In this document: positions 1-8,940 of the stretch, piece by piece
How positions within the stretch are numbered: the stretch's first letter is position 1
How the letters are laid out: the number at the start of each line of letters is the position of its first letter
Source of the DNA: a virus
Lineage: Duplodnaviria > Heunggongvirae > Uroviricota > Caudoviricetes
Strand: one strand, 5' to 3'
DNA: 27,296 nt
IMG/VR virus record: IMGVR_UViG_2531839440_000002
The notes under the pieces: generated by a model
What the model was told of the DNA's origin: nothing
Database searches by the model: none
What the model saw: only the letters and a program-made list of their open reading frames with translations
Program-made: the position numbers and the translations under genes

Positions 1-1284
1 TTACTTCTTCGCCTCTGCAACCACTTTGCTACCCACGCCGCGATTATTGTATTCCCACATGCGGTTGTAGTTAGTGTCATTCAGATTGCGCTGTATTTCG
101 TCGCTATCGTCAACGCTGCCGGTATTACCCGCAAATGGACGATTGGAAATCACCGCATCGCCCCACGGTTTAACCGTGTTAAAACCTTCGTTGATGGCGC
201 TATCACGGATCACCACCTGACCGTTGGTATTGGCATCAACATCCAGCGAGCGGCCCAGTTGTGCCACGCCATCACCGGAAGCATTGAAACGGCTGTTTAC
301 GGCGAGGAAACCGTAATAGATGTTGGACAGCGTAGCCGGTGCAAACACATACGCTTCTTGCTGAGTACGTGAGTTCACCACGCGGAATTCGGTGTTATCG
401 AACACCACTGCGCCGCGACCAGAAACGATATCCACATCCCCTTCAATATAGCTGTTGGTCACCAGCGTACGCGGCTGACGGTTGGTTTCCAGACGGTTCT
501 GCACACCGCTGTTGGTGACAAAGAAGGTGTTCTGACGACCGAGAATGTTAACGTTGTTAATCTGTACCTGGTCACCATCAGTACGCAGTGCCACCGCCGG
601 ATGGTTACCTGCATCTACGCTATCGCCCAGCGTGTTTTCGATGGTCAGATTTTGCAGTTGCAGGCCATTGTTTTGTGACCAGAAGACCGCAGAGCAGAGA
701 ACACCGATACTGTCGCTGCGTTTGCTCTGGCAGCTATCGTACATATACCACGCTGGTTTACCTGGCATATATTTGCCGCGCGGGTTGACGTCGTGACGCC
801 AGTCGGTAGGGCTCATGCCACCATCAAGGGAAAGCCCAATCTTCACATCAATCGGTTTTTCACCTGTACCGTACAGAGTAATTCCACCCGGAGCGGCAGG
901 GACATATACCGTTCCCTGATACTCACCAGGCATCACGGCAATATACTGGCGCTTGTTGGTACGCTTGATAATTGCCGCATCTACCGCCGCCTGAATCGTG
1001 GTATGCGTTACACCTTGAGTGCCCGCCGGGCCGACAACAAATTCAGGTTGCGCAGGCAGGGTAATCGGGGAAGGATTCCACGCTGCAGCACCTGGTGTCA
1101 GGGATGCAAAATAGTGTTGAGCATCGAAATTCTGCGCTTCTTTTGCCGACAGAATCGGGCGAGAAGAGGTACCAGGCGCGGTTTGATCAGAAGGACGTTG
1201 ATCGGGCGGGGTTGAGCTACAGGCGGTCAGCGTCACGCCAAAAGCCAATGCCAGCGCCAGACGGGAAACTGAAAATGTGTTCAC
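1..1284 (-). CDS. ybhC: YbhC-type outer-membrane lipoprotein (pectinesterase-fold family); host gene flanking attB-lambda
   Basis: 427-aa ORF, GTG start at 1284, N-terminal signal peptide with lipobox LTAC, stop at window position 1-3; matches recalled E. coli YbhC length and N-terminus. Confidence 0.85.
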   Translation of the reverse strand: MNTFSVSRLALALAFGVTLTACSSTPPDQRPSDQTAPGTSSRPILSAKEAQNFDAQHYFASLTPGAAAWNPSPITLPAQPEFVVGPAGTQGVTHTTIQAAVDAAIIKRTNKRQYIAVMPGEYQGTVYVPAAPGGITLYGTGEKPIDVKIGLSLDGGMSPTDWRHDVNPRGKYMPGKPAWYMYDSCQSKRSDSIGVLCSAVFWSQNNGLQLQNLTIENTLGDSVDAGNHPAVALRTDGDQVQINNVNILGRQNTFFVTNSGVQNRLETNRQPRTLVTNSYIEGDVDIVSGRGAVVFDNTEFRVVNSRTQQEAYVFAPATLSNIYYGFLAVNSRFNASGDGVAQLGRSLDVDANTNGQVVIRDSAINEGFNTVKPWGDAVISNRPFAGNTGSVDDSDEIQRNLNDTNYNRMWEYNNRGVGSKVVAEAKK

Positions 1285-1320
1285 AGGTTGCTCCGGGCTA
1301 TGAAATAGAAAAATGAATCC

Positions 1321-1420
1321 GTTGAAGCCTGCTTTTTTATACTAAGTTGGCATTATAAAAAAGCATTGCTTATCAATTTGTTGCAACGAACAGGTCACTA
1401 TCAGTCAAAATAAAATCATT
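1321..1420. other. attL-type prophage junction: bacterial B arm, 15-bp lambda core GCTTTTTTATACTAA (1331-1345), phage P' arm
   Basis: Core read directly; downstream sequence GTTGGCATTATAAAAAAGCATTGCTTATCAATTTGTTGCAACGAACAGGTCACTATCAGTCAAAATAAAATCATTATTTG matches recalled lambda attP P' arm; upstream TGAAGCCT matches recalled attB side. Confidence 0.8.
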
Positions 1421-2489
1421 ATTTGATTTCAATTTTGTCCCACTCCCTGCCTCTGTCATCACGATACTGTGATGCCATGGTGTCCGACTTATGCCCGAGA
1501 AGATGTTGAGCAAACTTATCGCTTATCTGCTTCTCATAGAGTCTTGCAGACAAACTGCGCAACTCGTGAAAGGTAGGCGGATCCCCTTCGAAGGAAAGAC
1601 CTGATGCTTTTCGTGCGCGCATAAAATACCTTGATACTGTGCCGGATGAAAGCGGTTCACGACGAGTAGATGCAATTATGGTTTCTCCGCCAAGAATCTC
1701 TTTGCATTTATCAAGTGTTTCCTTCATTGATATCCCGAGAGCATCAACATGCAATGTTGTTGGGATGGCAATTTTTACGCCTGTTTTGCTTTGCTCGACA
1801 TAAAGATATCCATCTACGATATCAGACCACTTCATTTCGCATAAATCACCAACTCGTTGCCCGGTAACAACAGCCAGTTCCATTGCAAGTCTGAGCCAAC
1901 ATGGTGATGATTCTGCTGCTTGATAAATTTTCAGGTATTCGTCAGCCGTAAGTCTTGATCTCCTTACCTCTGATTTTGCTGCGCGAGTGGCAGCGACAGG
2001 GTTTGTTGTTATATGGCCTTCAGCTATTGCCTCTCGGAATGCATCGCTCAGTGTTGATCTGATTAACTTGGCTGACGCCGCCTTGCCCTCGTCTATGTAT
2101 CCATTGAGCATTGCCGCAATTTCTTTTGTGGTGATGTCTTCAAGTGGAGCATCAGGCAGACCCCTCCTTATTGCTTTAATTTTGCTCATGTAATTTATGA
2201 GTGTCTTCTGCTTGATTCCTCTGCTGGCCAGGATTTTTTCGTAGCGATCAAGCCATGAATGTAACGTAACGGAATTATCACTGTTGATTCTCGCTGTCAG
2301 AGGCTTGTGTTTGTGTCCTGAAAATAACTCAATGTTGGCCTGTATGGCTTCAGTGATTGCGATTCGCCTGTCTCTGCCTAATCCAAACTCTTTACCCGTC
2401 CTTGGGTCCCTGTAGCAGTAATATCCATTGTTTCTTATATAAAGGTTAGGGGGTAAATCCCGGCGCTCATGACTTCGCCTTCTTCCCAT
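1419..2489 (-). CDS. int: Lambda-type integrase (tyrosine recombinase)
   Basis: 356-aa ORF beginning MGRRRSHERRDLPPNLYIRNNGYYCYRDPRTGKEFGLGRDRR, recalled as lambda Int; ATG at 2487-2489; sits next to attL. Confidence 0.95.
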   Translation of the reverse strand: MGRRRSHERRDLPPNLYIRNNGYYCYRDPRTGKEFGLGRDRRIAITEAIQANIELFSGHKHKPLTARINSDNSVTLHSWLDRYEKILASRGIKQKTLINYMSKIKAIRRGLPDAPLEDITTKEIAAMLNGYIDEGKAASAKLIRSTLSDAFREAIAEGHITTNPVAATRAAKSEVRRSRLTADEYLKIYQAAESSPCWLRLAMELAVVTGQRVGDLCEMKWSDIVDGYLYVEQSKTGVKIAIPTTLHVDALGISMKETLDKCKEILGGETIIASTRREPLSSGTVSRYFMRARKASGLSFEGDPPTFHELRSLSARLYEKQISDKFAQHLLGHKSDTMASQYRDDRGREWDKIEIK

Positions 2490-2685
2490 TTCTGATCCTC
2501 TTCAAAAGGCTACCTGTTACTGGTCGATTTAAGTCAACCTTTACCGCTGATTCGTGGAACAGATACTCTCTTCCATCCTTAACCGGAGGAGGGAATATCC
2601 TGCACTCGCGTACCCATCGACGAACTGTTTCAAGGCTTCTTGGGCGTCGCTGGCGTGCGTTCCACTCCTGAAGTGTCAAGTACAT
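2467..2685 (-). CDS. xis: Lambda-type excisionase
   Basis: 72-aa ORF MYLTLQEWNARQRRPRSLETVRRWVRECRIFPPP..., overlapping int 5' end as in lambda. Confidence 0.9.
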   Translation of the reverse strand: MYLTLQEWNARQRRPRSLETVRRWVRECRIFPPPVKDGREYLFHESAVKVDLNRPVTGSLLKRIRNGKKAKS

Positions 2686-2724
2686 CGCAAAGTCTCCGCA
2701 ATTACACGCAAGAAAAAACCGCCA

Positions 2725-2892
2725 TCAGGCGGCTTGGTGTTCTTTCAGTTCTTCAATTCGAATATTGGTTACGTCTGCATGTGCTATCTGCGCCCACAGC
2801 ATCCAGTGGTCATAGCAGTCGCTGATGTTCTCGGCTTCGATAACTCTGTTGAATGGTTCTCCATTCCATTCACCTGTGACTCGGAAGTGCAT
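2725..2892 (-). CDS. Small hypothetical protein (55 aa) directly upstream of xis, as in lambda
   Basis: ATG at 2890-2892, stop 2725-2727; translation MHFRVTGEWNGEPFNRVIEAENISDCYDHWMLWAQIAHADVTNIRIEELKEHQAA; below the 60-aa cutoff of the ORF track; position matches a small lambda orf (recall). Confidence 0.45.
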   Translation of the reverse strand: MHFRVTGEWNGEPFNRVIEAENISDCYDHWMLWAQIAHADVTNIRIEELKEHQAA

Positions 2893-3134
2893 TTATCATC
2901 TCCATAAAACAAAACCCGCCGTAGCGAGTTCAGATAAAAGAAATCCTCGTCAGTGCGAGGATGCTGTTCATTGCTGCTATACACTTTTTTGCTCTCAACG
3001 TAAGCGGTAGCCCATTCTGTTGGGTTGGTGCAGTTGCTTTTAGGAAATGCTATTTACCCCTTAAATGTCGGCTGAAAGAGCTAAAATCCATGCAAAAAAT
3101 TTACGCAATTTTGTGTATTATTGTGCAGTAAGTA

Positions 3135-3737
3135 ATGAGCTATTTTCTGCGCAAAAAATGGATGGTAAATTTGTCCGGGTCAGGAAAAATTTTATGGGCG
3201 CTAAACATGAAAAAAGATTCGTATCCTTATTTGATTTGCATGACAGTTTCAGGGCTGATCTTTATTTTCCTTTTCTTCTGGTGGCGGGCAGATATCTACA
3301 GGGTCACGTTTCTTAATCAGAGTATATCCCACTATTACATTCTGTTTAGCATGGGAATAGCTTTTCTGTTATCTCTGTTTTGGGTTAAGAAGGGGATAGT
3401 AAAACAAAGAGGCTGGAAGAGTCTGTCAGCATACCTTAAGGTTTATGCAGGGATGTGCATATTTGCTGGATTTTTTCTGATTATACCCCTTACGACACTA
3501 ACTTATTTTTTGCCTGGAGAGACATCGTCTTATGTTGCACCGTATCGGTATACTTCCGGTAGTTCAAAAAGTTGTTCTGGAGCTGAGGTGGATGACCCCG
3601 ATCTACATGAGAATATTCGCATTTGCTATCCGTATGGCAATTATGAGTACGATAATATTATCTATGTTGAAAAGAAAATTAATATATTAGGTGCGGTAGT
3701 GACATATGCACAGACCGCGCGTGATGATACTGAATGA
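3135..3737 (+). CDS. Hypothetical multi-pass membrane protein in an AT-rich substitution (moron-like)
   Basis: 200-aa ORF with at least three hydrophobic helices (LIFIFLFFWW, YYILFSMGIAFLLSLFWV, CIFAGFFLIIPLTTLTYFL); AT-rich; true start uncertain (3135, 3162 or 3207). Confidence 0.4.
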   Translation: MSYFLRKKWMVNLSGSGKILWALNMKKDSYPYLICMTVSGLIFIFLFFWWRADIYRVTFLNQSISHYYILFSMGIAFLLSLFWVKKGIVKQRGWKSLSAYLKVYAGMCIFAGFFLIIPLTTLTYFLPGETSSYVAPYRYTSGSSKSCSGAEVDDPDLHENIRICYPYGNYEYDNIIYVEKKINILGAVVTYAQTARDDTE

Positions 3738-3947
3738 TATAGTATATAGCGGGCAAGTTTTAGTTAATTTATCGAGGTAATATAATTTACCTCGACTCGT
3801 TTGTTCTGGTATTAATATTTCGCTTTACGACCGATTTTTATCTGATGATATCATGCGGTTTTCATATACTGACTTACTGTCTTTTCTCCGTTAGCGATTT
3901 TCTCCTGCTCAGCGATGATTTTATCTTTGGCTTCTAGTTAATTTCGC

Positions 3948-4169
3948 TCACTTCGAACCTCTCTGTTTACTGATAAGCTCCAGATCCTCCTGGCAACTTG
4001 CACAAGTCCGACAACCCTGAACGACCAGGCGTCTTCGTTCATCTATCGGATCGCCACACTCACAACAATGAGTGGCAGATATAGCCTGGTGGTTCAGGCG
4101 GCGCATTTTTATTGCTGTGTTGCGCTGTAATTCTTCAATTTCTGATGCTGAATCAATGATGTCTGCCAT
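3948..4169 (-). CDS. TraR/DksA-family C4 zinc-finger protein (lambda Orf73-type RNA polymerase-binding regulator)
   Basis: 73-aa ORF with CxxC-(17 aa)-CxxC motif (CCECGDPIDERRRLVVQGCRTCASC), typical of TraR/DksA C-terminal zinc finger. Confidence 0.75.
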   Translation of the reverse strand: MADIIDSASEIEELQRNTAIKMRRLNHQAISATHCCECGDPIDERRRLVVQGCRTCASCQEDLELISKQRGSK

Positions 4170-4267
4170 CTTCCATTAATCCCTGAATTGTTGGTTAATA
4201 CGCTTGAGGGTGAATGCGAATAATAAAAAAGGAGCCTGTAGCTCCCTGATGATTTTGCTTTTCATGT

Positions 4268-4579
4268 TCATCGTTCCTTAAAGACGCCGTTTAACATGCC
4301 GATTGCCAGGCTTAAATGAGTCGGTGTGAATCCCATCAGCGTTACCGTTTCGCGGTGCTTCTTCAGTACGCTACGGCAAATGTCATCGACGTTTTTATCC
4401 GGAAACTGCTGTCTGGCTTTTTTGATTTCAGAATTAGCCTGACGGGCAATGCTGCGAAGGGCGTTTTCCTGCTGAGGTGTCATTGAACAAGTCCCATGTC
4501 GGCAAGCATAAGCACACAGAATATGAAGCCCGCTGCCAGAAAAATGCATTCCGTGGTTGTCATACCTGGTCTCTCTCAT
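4268..4579 (-). CDS. Hypothetical protein, lambda early-left small orf (orf61-like position)
   Basis: 103-aa ORF; 20-nt overlap with the following 63-aa ORF reproduces the recalled orf61/orf63 overlap in lambda; real start may be internal. Confidence 0.45.
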   Translation of the reverse strand: MRETRYDNHGMHFSGSGLHILCAYACRHGTCSMTPQQENALRSIARQANSEIKKARQQFPDKNVDDICRSVLKKHRETVTLMGFTPTHLSLAIGMLNGVFKER

Positions 4580-4751
4580 CTGCTTCTGCTTTCGCCACCA
4601 TCATTTCCAGCTTTTGTGAAAGGGATGCGGCTAACGTATGAAATTCTTCGTCTGTTTCTACTGGTATTGGCACAAACCTGACTCCAATTTGAGCGAGGCT
4701 ATGTGCCATCTCGATACTCGTTCTTAACTCAACGGGAGATGCTTTGTGCAT
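4560..4751 (-). CDS. Hypothetical protein, lambda orf63-like (63 aa)
   Basis: 192-nt ORF, same size and overlap geometry as recalled lambda orf63. Confidence 0.5.
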   Translation of the reverse strand: MHKASPVELRTSIEMAHSLAQIGVRFVPIPVETDEEFHTLAASLSQKLEMMVAKAEADERDQV

Positions 4752-4999
4752 ACAGCTCCCCGTTTATTATTTATCTCCTCAGCCAGCCGCTGTGCTTTCA
4801 GGGGATTTCGGATAACAGAAAGGCCGGGAAATACCCAGCCTCGCTTCGTAACGGAGTAGACGAAAGTGATCGTGCCTATAAGTGGCTTCACAACAAAGCA
4901 AAGGTATCCCCTGAACATGTCGGCAGCATTGTTACGGCTACTGGTGGAGTTGTGAAGGCGTACCAGATTCGCCCGGATCTTCCGAAGTTGTTTCCACAC
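4724..4999 (-). CDS. Hypothetical protein; C-terminal part resembles lambda orf60a, N-terminal part differs (possible deletion junction)
   Basis: C-terminal ...TFVYSVTKRGWVFPGLSVIRNPLKAQRLAEEINNKRGAVCTKHLPLS matches my recollection of lambda orf60a; in lambda exo follows, here it does not. Confidence 0.3.
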   Translation of the reverse strand: MWKQLRKIRANLVRLHNSTSSRNNAADMFRGYLCFVVKPLIGTITFVYSVTKRGWVFPGLSVIRNPLKAQRLAEEINNKRGAVCTKHLPLS

Positions 5000-5101
5000 A
5001 CCGAAAAGAACGCAGCTTAAATTTCCATTTCACGCTCTTTAACAATAAGCAATCAACTTAACAGACTGATTAACAGTCAATTCAAACTAAAGGAATCAAT
5101 T

Positions 5102-5641
5102 ATGCAACCAATTACATACCAACAGACTAGCGGATTTACCCCGACTGCGGTGATAAATCGTTCTCAAACAAAACAGGCGCCAGGCCACGAAAAAATCCGT
5201 GATGCCGTTCGCGCCTGGTCGGCTGCAGATAATCAGGATGTTGTTGCCGCACTCATTGTGAATGAGTATCGGGAGCTGGGCGGCGGCACCATCGATTTCC
5301 CTGATGATGTCAGCCGTGCACGCCAGAAGTTGTTCCGCTTCCTCGATAACAAATTCGATTCTGAAAAATACCGAAATAACGTGCGTGAACTGACCCCGGC
5401 AATTCTGGCGGTACTACCGCTGGAATATCGCGGCCACCTGGTTGAGCAGGATAGCTTCATGGCTCGGCTGGTTGAAATGGAAAAGGAACTCAGTGAGGCA
5501 AAGCAGGCGGTCATTCTCAACGCACCACGCCACCAGAAACTGAAGGAAATGAGTGAAGGTATTGTGTCGATGTTTCGCGTGGACCCGGATCTGGCTGGTC
5601 CATTAATGGCGATGGTTACCACCATGCTGGGGGCAATATGA
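5102..5641 (+). CDS. Hypothetical protein (179 aa) directly upstream of O, in the position cII occupies in lambda
   Basis: ATG at 5102 with AAGGA about 8 nt upstream; stop overlaps an ATG at 5638 (ATGA); no motif recognised. Confidence 0.55.
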   Translation: MQPITYQQTSGFTPTAVINRSQTKQAPGHEKIRDAVRAWSAADNQDVVAALIVNEYRELGGGTIDFPDDVSRARQKLFRFLDNKFDSEKYRNNVRELTPAILAVLPLEYRGHLVEQDSFMARLVEMEKELSEAKQAVILNAPRHQKLKEMSEGIVSMFRVDPDLAGPLMAMVTTMLGAI

Positions 5642-5727
5642 CAGGTTCAGAAATGGCGAAAGTCGGTCTGCGGGAACAGAACCGACTTTCAGGTGCAAAT
5701 CGTAACGCACTCATTACGGGAGGAATT

Positions 5728-6657
5728 ATGGCAAACACTGCTGAGATATTCAATTTTCCAGTGCCGGATGTGGCACAAAAGGAGCCGCGCGTGGCAGATC
5801 TCGATGATGGTTATACGCGCATTGCAAATGAGTTGCTGGAAGTTGTAATGCTGGCCGGATTAACACAGCACCAGCTTCTGGTCTTCCTGGCTGTCATGCG
5901 CAAAACATATGGCTTTAATAAAAAACTGGATTGGGTGAGCAACGAGCAACTTTCCGAGTTAACCGGGATATTGCCGCACAAGTGTTCTGCTGCAAAAAGT
6001 GTTCTGGTAAAGCGTGGGATTTTAATTCAGAGCGGGCGGAATATCGGCATCAATAATGTGGTCAGTGAATGGTCAACATTACCCGAATCAGGTAAGAAAA
6101 ATAAAGTTTACCTGAAAGAGGTAAATTTACCTGAATCAGGTAAGAAAAGTTTACCTAAATCAGGTAAACGCCTTTACCCGAATCAGGTAAACACAAAAGA
6201 CAAACTAACAAAAGACAATATAAAACCTTTTTCGTCAGAGAATTCTGGCGAATCCTCTGACCAGCCAGAAAACGATCTTCCTGTGGTGAAACCGGATGCT
6301 GCAATTCAGAGCGGCAGCAAGTGGGGGACAGCAGAAGACCTGACCGCCGCAGAGTGGATGTTTGACATGGTGAAGACCATCGCGCCATCAGCCAGAAAAC
6401 CGAATTTTGCAGGGTGGGCTAACGATATCCGCCTGATGCGTGAACGTGACGGACGTAACCACCGCGACATGTGTGTACTGTTCCGCTGGGCATGCCAGGA
6501 CAACTTCTGGTCCGGTAACGTGCTGAGTCCGGCCAAACTCCGCGACAAGTGGACCCAGCTCGAAATCAACCGAAACAAGCAACAGGCTGGCGTGACAGCC
6601 GGCAAACCAAAACTCGACCTGACGAACACTGACTGGATTTACGGGGTGGAGCTATGA
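5728..6657 (+). CDS. O: Replication initiator protein O (lambdoid, non-lambda allele) containing ori iterons
   Basis: N-terminus MANTAEIFNF...RVADLDDGYTRIAN aligns with recalled lambda O (MTNTAKILNF...NVADLDDGYARLSN); GGGAGGA SD before ATG 5728; alternative upstream start at 5638; internal iterons and AT-rich tract. Confidence 0.85.
   Translation: MANTAEIFNFPVPDVAQKEPRVADLDDGYTRIANELLEVVMLAGLTQHQLLVFLAVMRKTYGFNKKLDWVSNEQLSELTGILPHKCSAAKSVLVKRGILIQSGRNIGINNVVSEWSTLPESGKKNKVYLKEVNLPESGKKSLPKSGKRLYPNQVNTKDKLTKDNIKPFSSENSGESSDQPENDLPVVKPDAAIQSGSKWGTAEDLTAAEWMFDMVKTIAPSARKPNFAGWANDIRLMRERDGRNHRDMCVLFRWACQDNFWSGNVLSPAKLRDKWTQLEINRNKQQAGVTAGKPKLDLTNTDWIYGVEL
6079..6190. repeat. Origin of replication: five dyad-symmetric iterons (consensus TTACCYGAATCAGGTAA) followed by an AT-rich unwinding tract
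   Basis: Copies at 6079-6095, 6109-6125, 6127-6143, 6151-6167, 6174-6190; each half TTACCTGA is the reverse complement of TCAGGTAA; AT-rich tract 6191-6235; encodes the ESGKK repeats in O. Confidence 0.75.
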
Positions 6658-7355
6658 AAAACATCGCCGCACAGATGGTTAACTTTGACCGTGAGCAGAT
6701 GCGCCGGATCGCCAACAACATGCCGGAACAGTACGACGAAAAGCCGCAGGTACAACAGGTAGCGCAGATCATCAATGGTGTGTTCAGCCAGTTACTGGCA
6801 ACTTTCCCGGCGAGCCTGGCTAACCGGGACCAGAACGAACTGAACGAAATCCGCCGCCAGTGGGTGCTGGCTTTCCGGGAAAACGGGATCACCACAATGG
6901 AACAGGTTAACGCAGGAATGCGCGTAGCCCGTCGGCAGAATCGACCATTCCTGCCATCACCCGGGCAGTTTGTTGCCTGGTGCCGGGAAGAAGCATCCGT
7001 TAACGCCGGGCTGCCAAACGTCAGCGAGCTGGTTGATATGGTCTATGAGTATTGTCGGAAGCGTGGCCTGTATCCGGATGCAGAGTCTTATCCGTGGAAA
7101 TCAAACGCGCACTACTGGCTGGTTACCAACCTGTACCAGAACATGCGGGCCAATGCGCTTACTGATGCGGAATTACGGCGCAAGGCTGCCGATGGACTGA
7201 CTTGTATGACCGCGCGAATTAACCGTGGTGAGGCGATACCTGAACCAGTAAAACAACTTCCTGTCATGGGCGGTAGACCTCTAAATCGTGCACAGGCTCT
7301 GGCGAAGATCGCAGAAATCAAAGCGAAGTTCGGACTGAAAGGAGCAACTGTATGA
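6654..7355 (+). CDS. P: Replication protein P (DnaB helicase loader), lambda-type
   Basis: 233-aa ORF MKNIAAQMVNFDREQMRRIANNMPEQYDEKPQVQQVAQIINGVF..., recalled as near-identical to lambda P; start overlaps O stop. Confidence 0.9.
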   Translation: MKNIAAQMVNFDREQMRRIANNMPEQYDEKPQVQQVAQIINGVFSQLLATFPASLANRDQNELNEIRRQWVLAFRENGITTMEQVNAGMRVARRQNRPFLPSPGQFVAWCREEASVNAGLPNVSELVDMVYEYCRKRGLYPDAESYPWKSNAHYWLVTNLYQNMRANALTDAELRRKAADGLTCMTARINRGEAIPEPVKQLPVMGGRPLNRAQALAKIAEIKAKFGLKGATV

Positions 7356-7633
7356 CGGGCAAAGAGGTAATTATTCATTATCTGGAGACGCACAAGAGCT
7401 TCTGTGCGCAGGACGTTGCTGCGGCAACAGGTGTGACAGTAACCTGCATAAATCAGGCAGCAGCTAAAATGGCGCGGGCAGGAATCCTGGTCATTGATGG
7501 TAAGGTCTGGCGAACGGTGTATTACCGGTTCGCTACCAGAGAAGAACGGGAAGGAAAGGTGAGCACGAACCTGATTTTTAAGGAGTGCCGCCAGAGTGCC
7601 GCGATGAAGCGGGTGTTGGCGGTATATGGGTGA
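7352..7633 (+). CDS. ren: Ren-like protein (possibly truncated at C-terminus)
   Basis: 93-aa ORF starting MTGKEVIIHYLETHKSFCAQD with ATGA overlap to P, as for lambda ren; sequence becomes AT-rich immediately after its stop. Confidence 0.65.
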   Translation: MTGKEVIIHYLETHKSFCAQDVAAATGVTVTCINQAAAKMARAGILVIDGKVWRTVYYRFATREEREGKVSTNLIFKECRQSAAMKRVLAVYG

Positions 7634-7927
7634 TTAGTTATTACTTGATTTGATGGTTATCTCGAAAACATCCAATCAAATTTAATGGTTTGCTTTGTGC
7701 GGGGAACTATAACAATGTTTCTAGCTTGGTGCTGTATGAATTAGTGAATTAGTAGGGAATATATCCACACATTGATTAACACAAAAATATTTTAGATATT
7801 AAATGTAACTCAAAGGATGAGTAATAATGGTTGTGTAGCGTATAACAGGATGCTGAGGTAGTATTAAACAATGAATAAATCTGATTGACAAGCACCAGAT
7901 AATACTGCGGGTCAATCATTAGACATG

Positions 7928-7962
7928 AACGCCACTAGTTACTGAGAGTAACTAATGGCGTT
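7928..7962. repeat. Near-perfect 16-bp inverted repeat (hairpin) 3' of the HD-domain gene
   Basis: AACGCCACTAGTTACT / gag / AGTAACTAATGGCGTT with one mismatch; no clear U-tract on either strand. Confidence 0.4.
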
Positions 7963-8003
7963 GTGTTTATAGTTAAGATGTTTTTTAAAACATCAGGGGG
8001 GCT

Positions 8004-8885
8004 CTACTTGTCTTTTTTAATATGATCAATCTCATCATTAAGACATTTATCTATTTTTTTTATTAACACATTAATTTCTTCGGTGTTTTGGAGTTGAGTT
8101 GTCTTAGAAACAAAAACTCGAATAAAGAATTTAACATAGTGATAGGGTTGAAGTACATCGTTATACTTACATAAATCATTTATTGTATACTTGCCGCCTG
8201 TTTCTTTTTTTATTATTTTAGCTTGACTTGTATCGATATCTTTAAAGTTATCTTCAATCTGAAAATCAAGAACCCATTCATCTTCTTTTAAATTATCCTC
8301 AATGATTTTGTTGATTTTCTTAGATATATTTTGTTTATATTTTTTGTATCTGTTGTCGGAAATGTTAACATTAGAAAACGTGTGTTTTTTTTCATATATT
8401 TTTTTCCAAACATTTCTATCAACAATATCTTGAATTATAGCTTGAGAATTTTTATCTAATGTGTTTTTAAGAGTGTTTTCTAAAAACGTTTTGTCTGGGT
8501 TTTCACGATAAAAGTGTTTGATGGACTCAATGAGAGTGTTTTTAGATTTTAAAGAGACAACATCATCAGTTTTTTTTCTAGAACACGCTTTGTTAAGCAT
8601 CGCAGATAGTGCACGATTGGTCTTATGAAAATAAACTTGACTATAAAGCCCACTTCTTGCATTGGCAAATTCTAGTATTGAATCCATACCACTTTCTTTA
8701 TATGCCAGGTAAACACTATTTTCAACTTTCACAGGAATAAATGACATTAATAATCGTCCATAATCATAAATCCCATATTTAACGCCGGAGAAGTAGCTAT
8801 CTCTAAGTAGGTAGTCCATTCTGTCCGCATCTATAGGTGAAGATGATATGATTGAACCTAATAAAGGATATACATTTACTCCCTC
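8004..8885 (-). pseudogene. HD-domain phosphohydrolase (dGTPase/SAMHD1-like), C-terminal fragment displaced by IS1
   Basis: Frame open from 8885 to stop at 8004; contains DADRMDYLLRDSYFSG motif; in frame with the N-terminal fragment once IS1 and one duplication copy are removed. Confidence 0.75.
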
Positions 8886-8940
8886 GGTGATGCTGCCAAC
8901 TTACTGATTTAGTGTATGATGGTGTTTTTGAGGTGCTCCA

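Noticed and set aside
545-1316. Plus-strand ORFs (83, 66, 140 and 73 aa) inside ybhC
   Set aside because: Antisense to a well-supported 427-aa gene; Arg/Cys-rich composition typical of spurious frames.
2554-3010. Several 60-117-aa ORFs on both strands around the xis 5' end
   Set aside because: They overlap xis and the 55-aa orf out of frame and have no start context; the 55-aa minus-strand orf explains this region better.
5638-5727. Alternative O start at 5638 (ORF-track start)
   Set aside because: Alignment of the O N-terminus with lambda O and the GGGAGGA SD favour 5728; the upstream start remains possible by coupling and is noted in findings.
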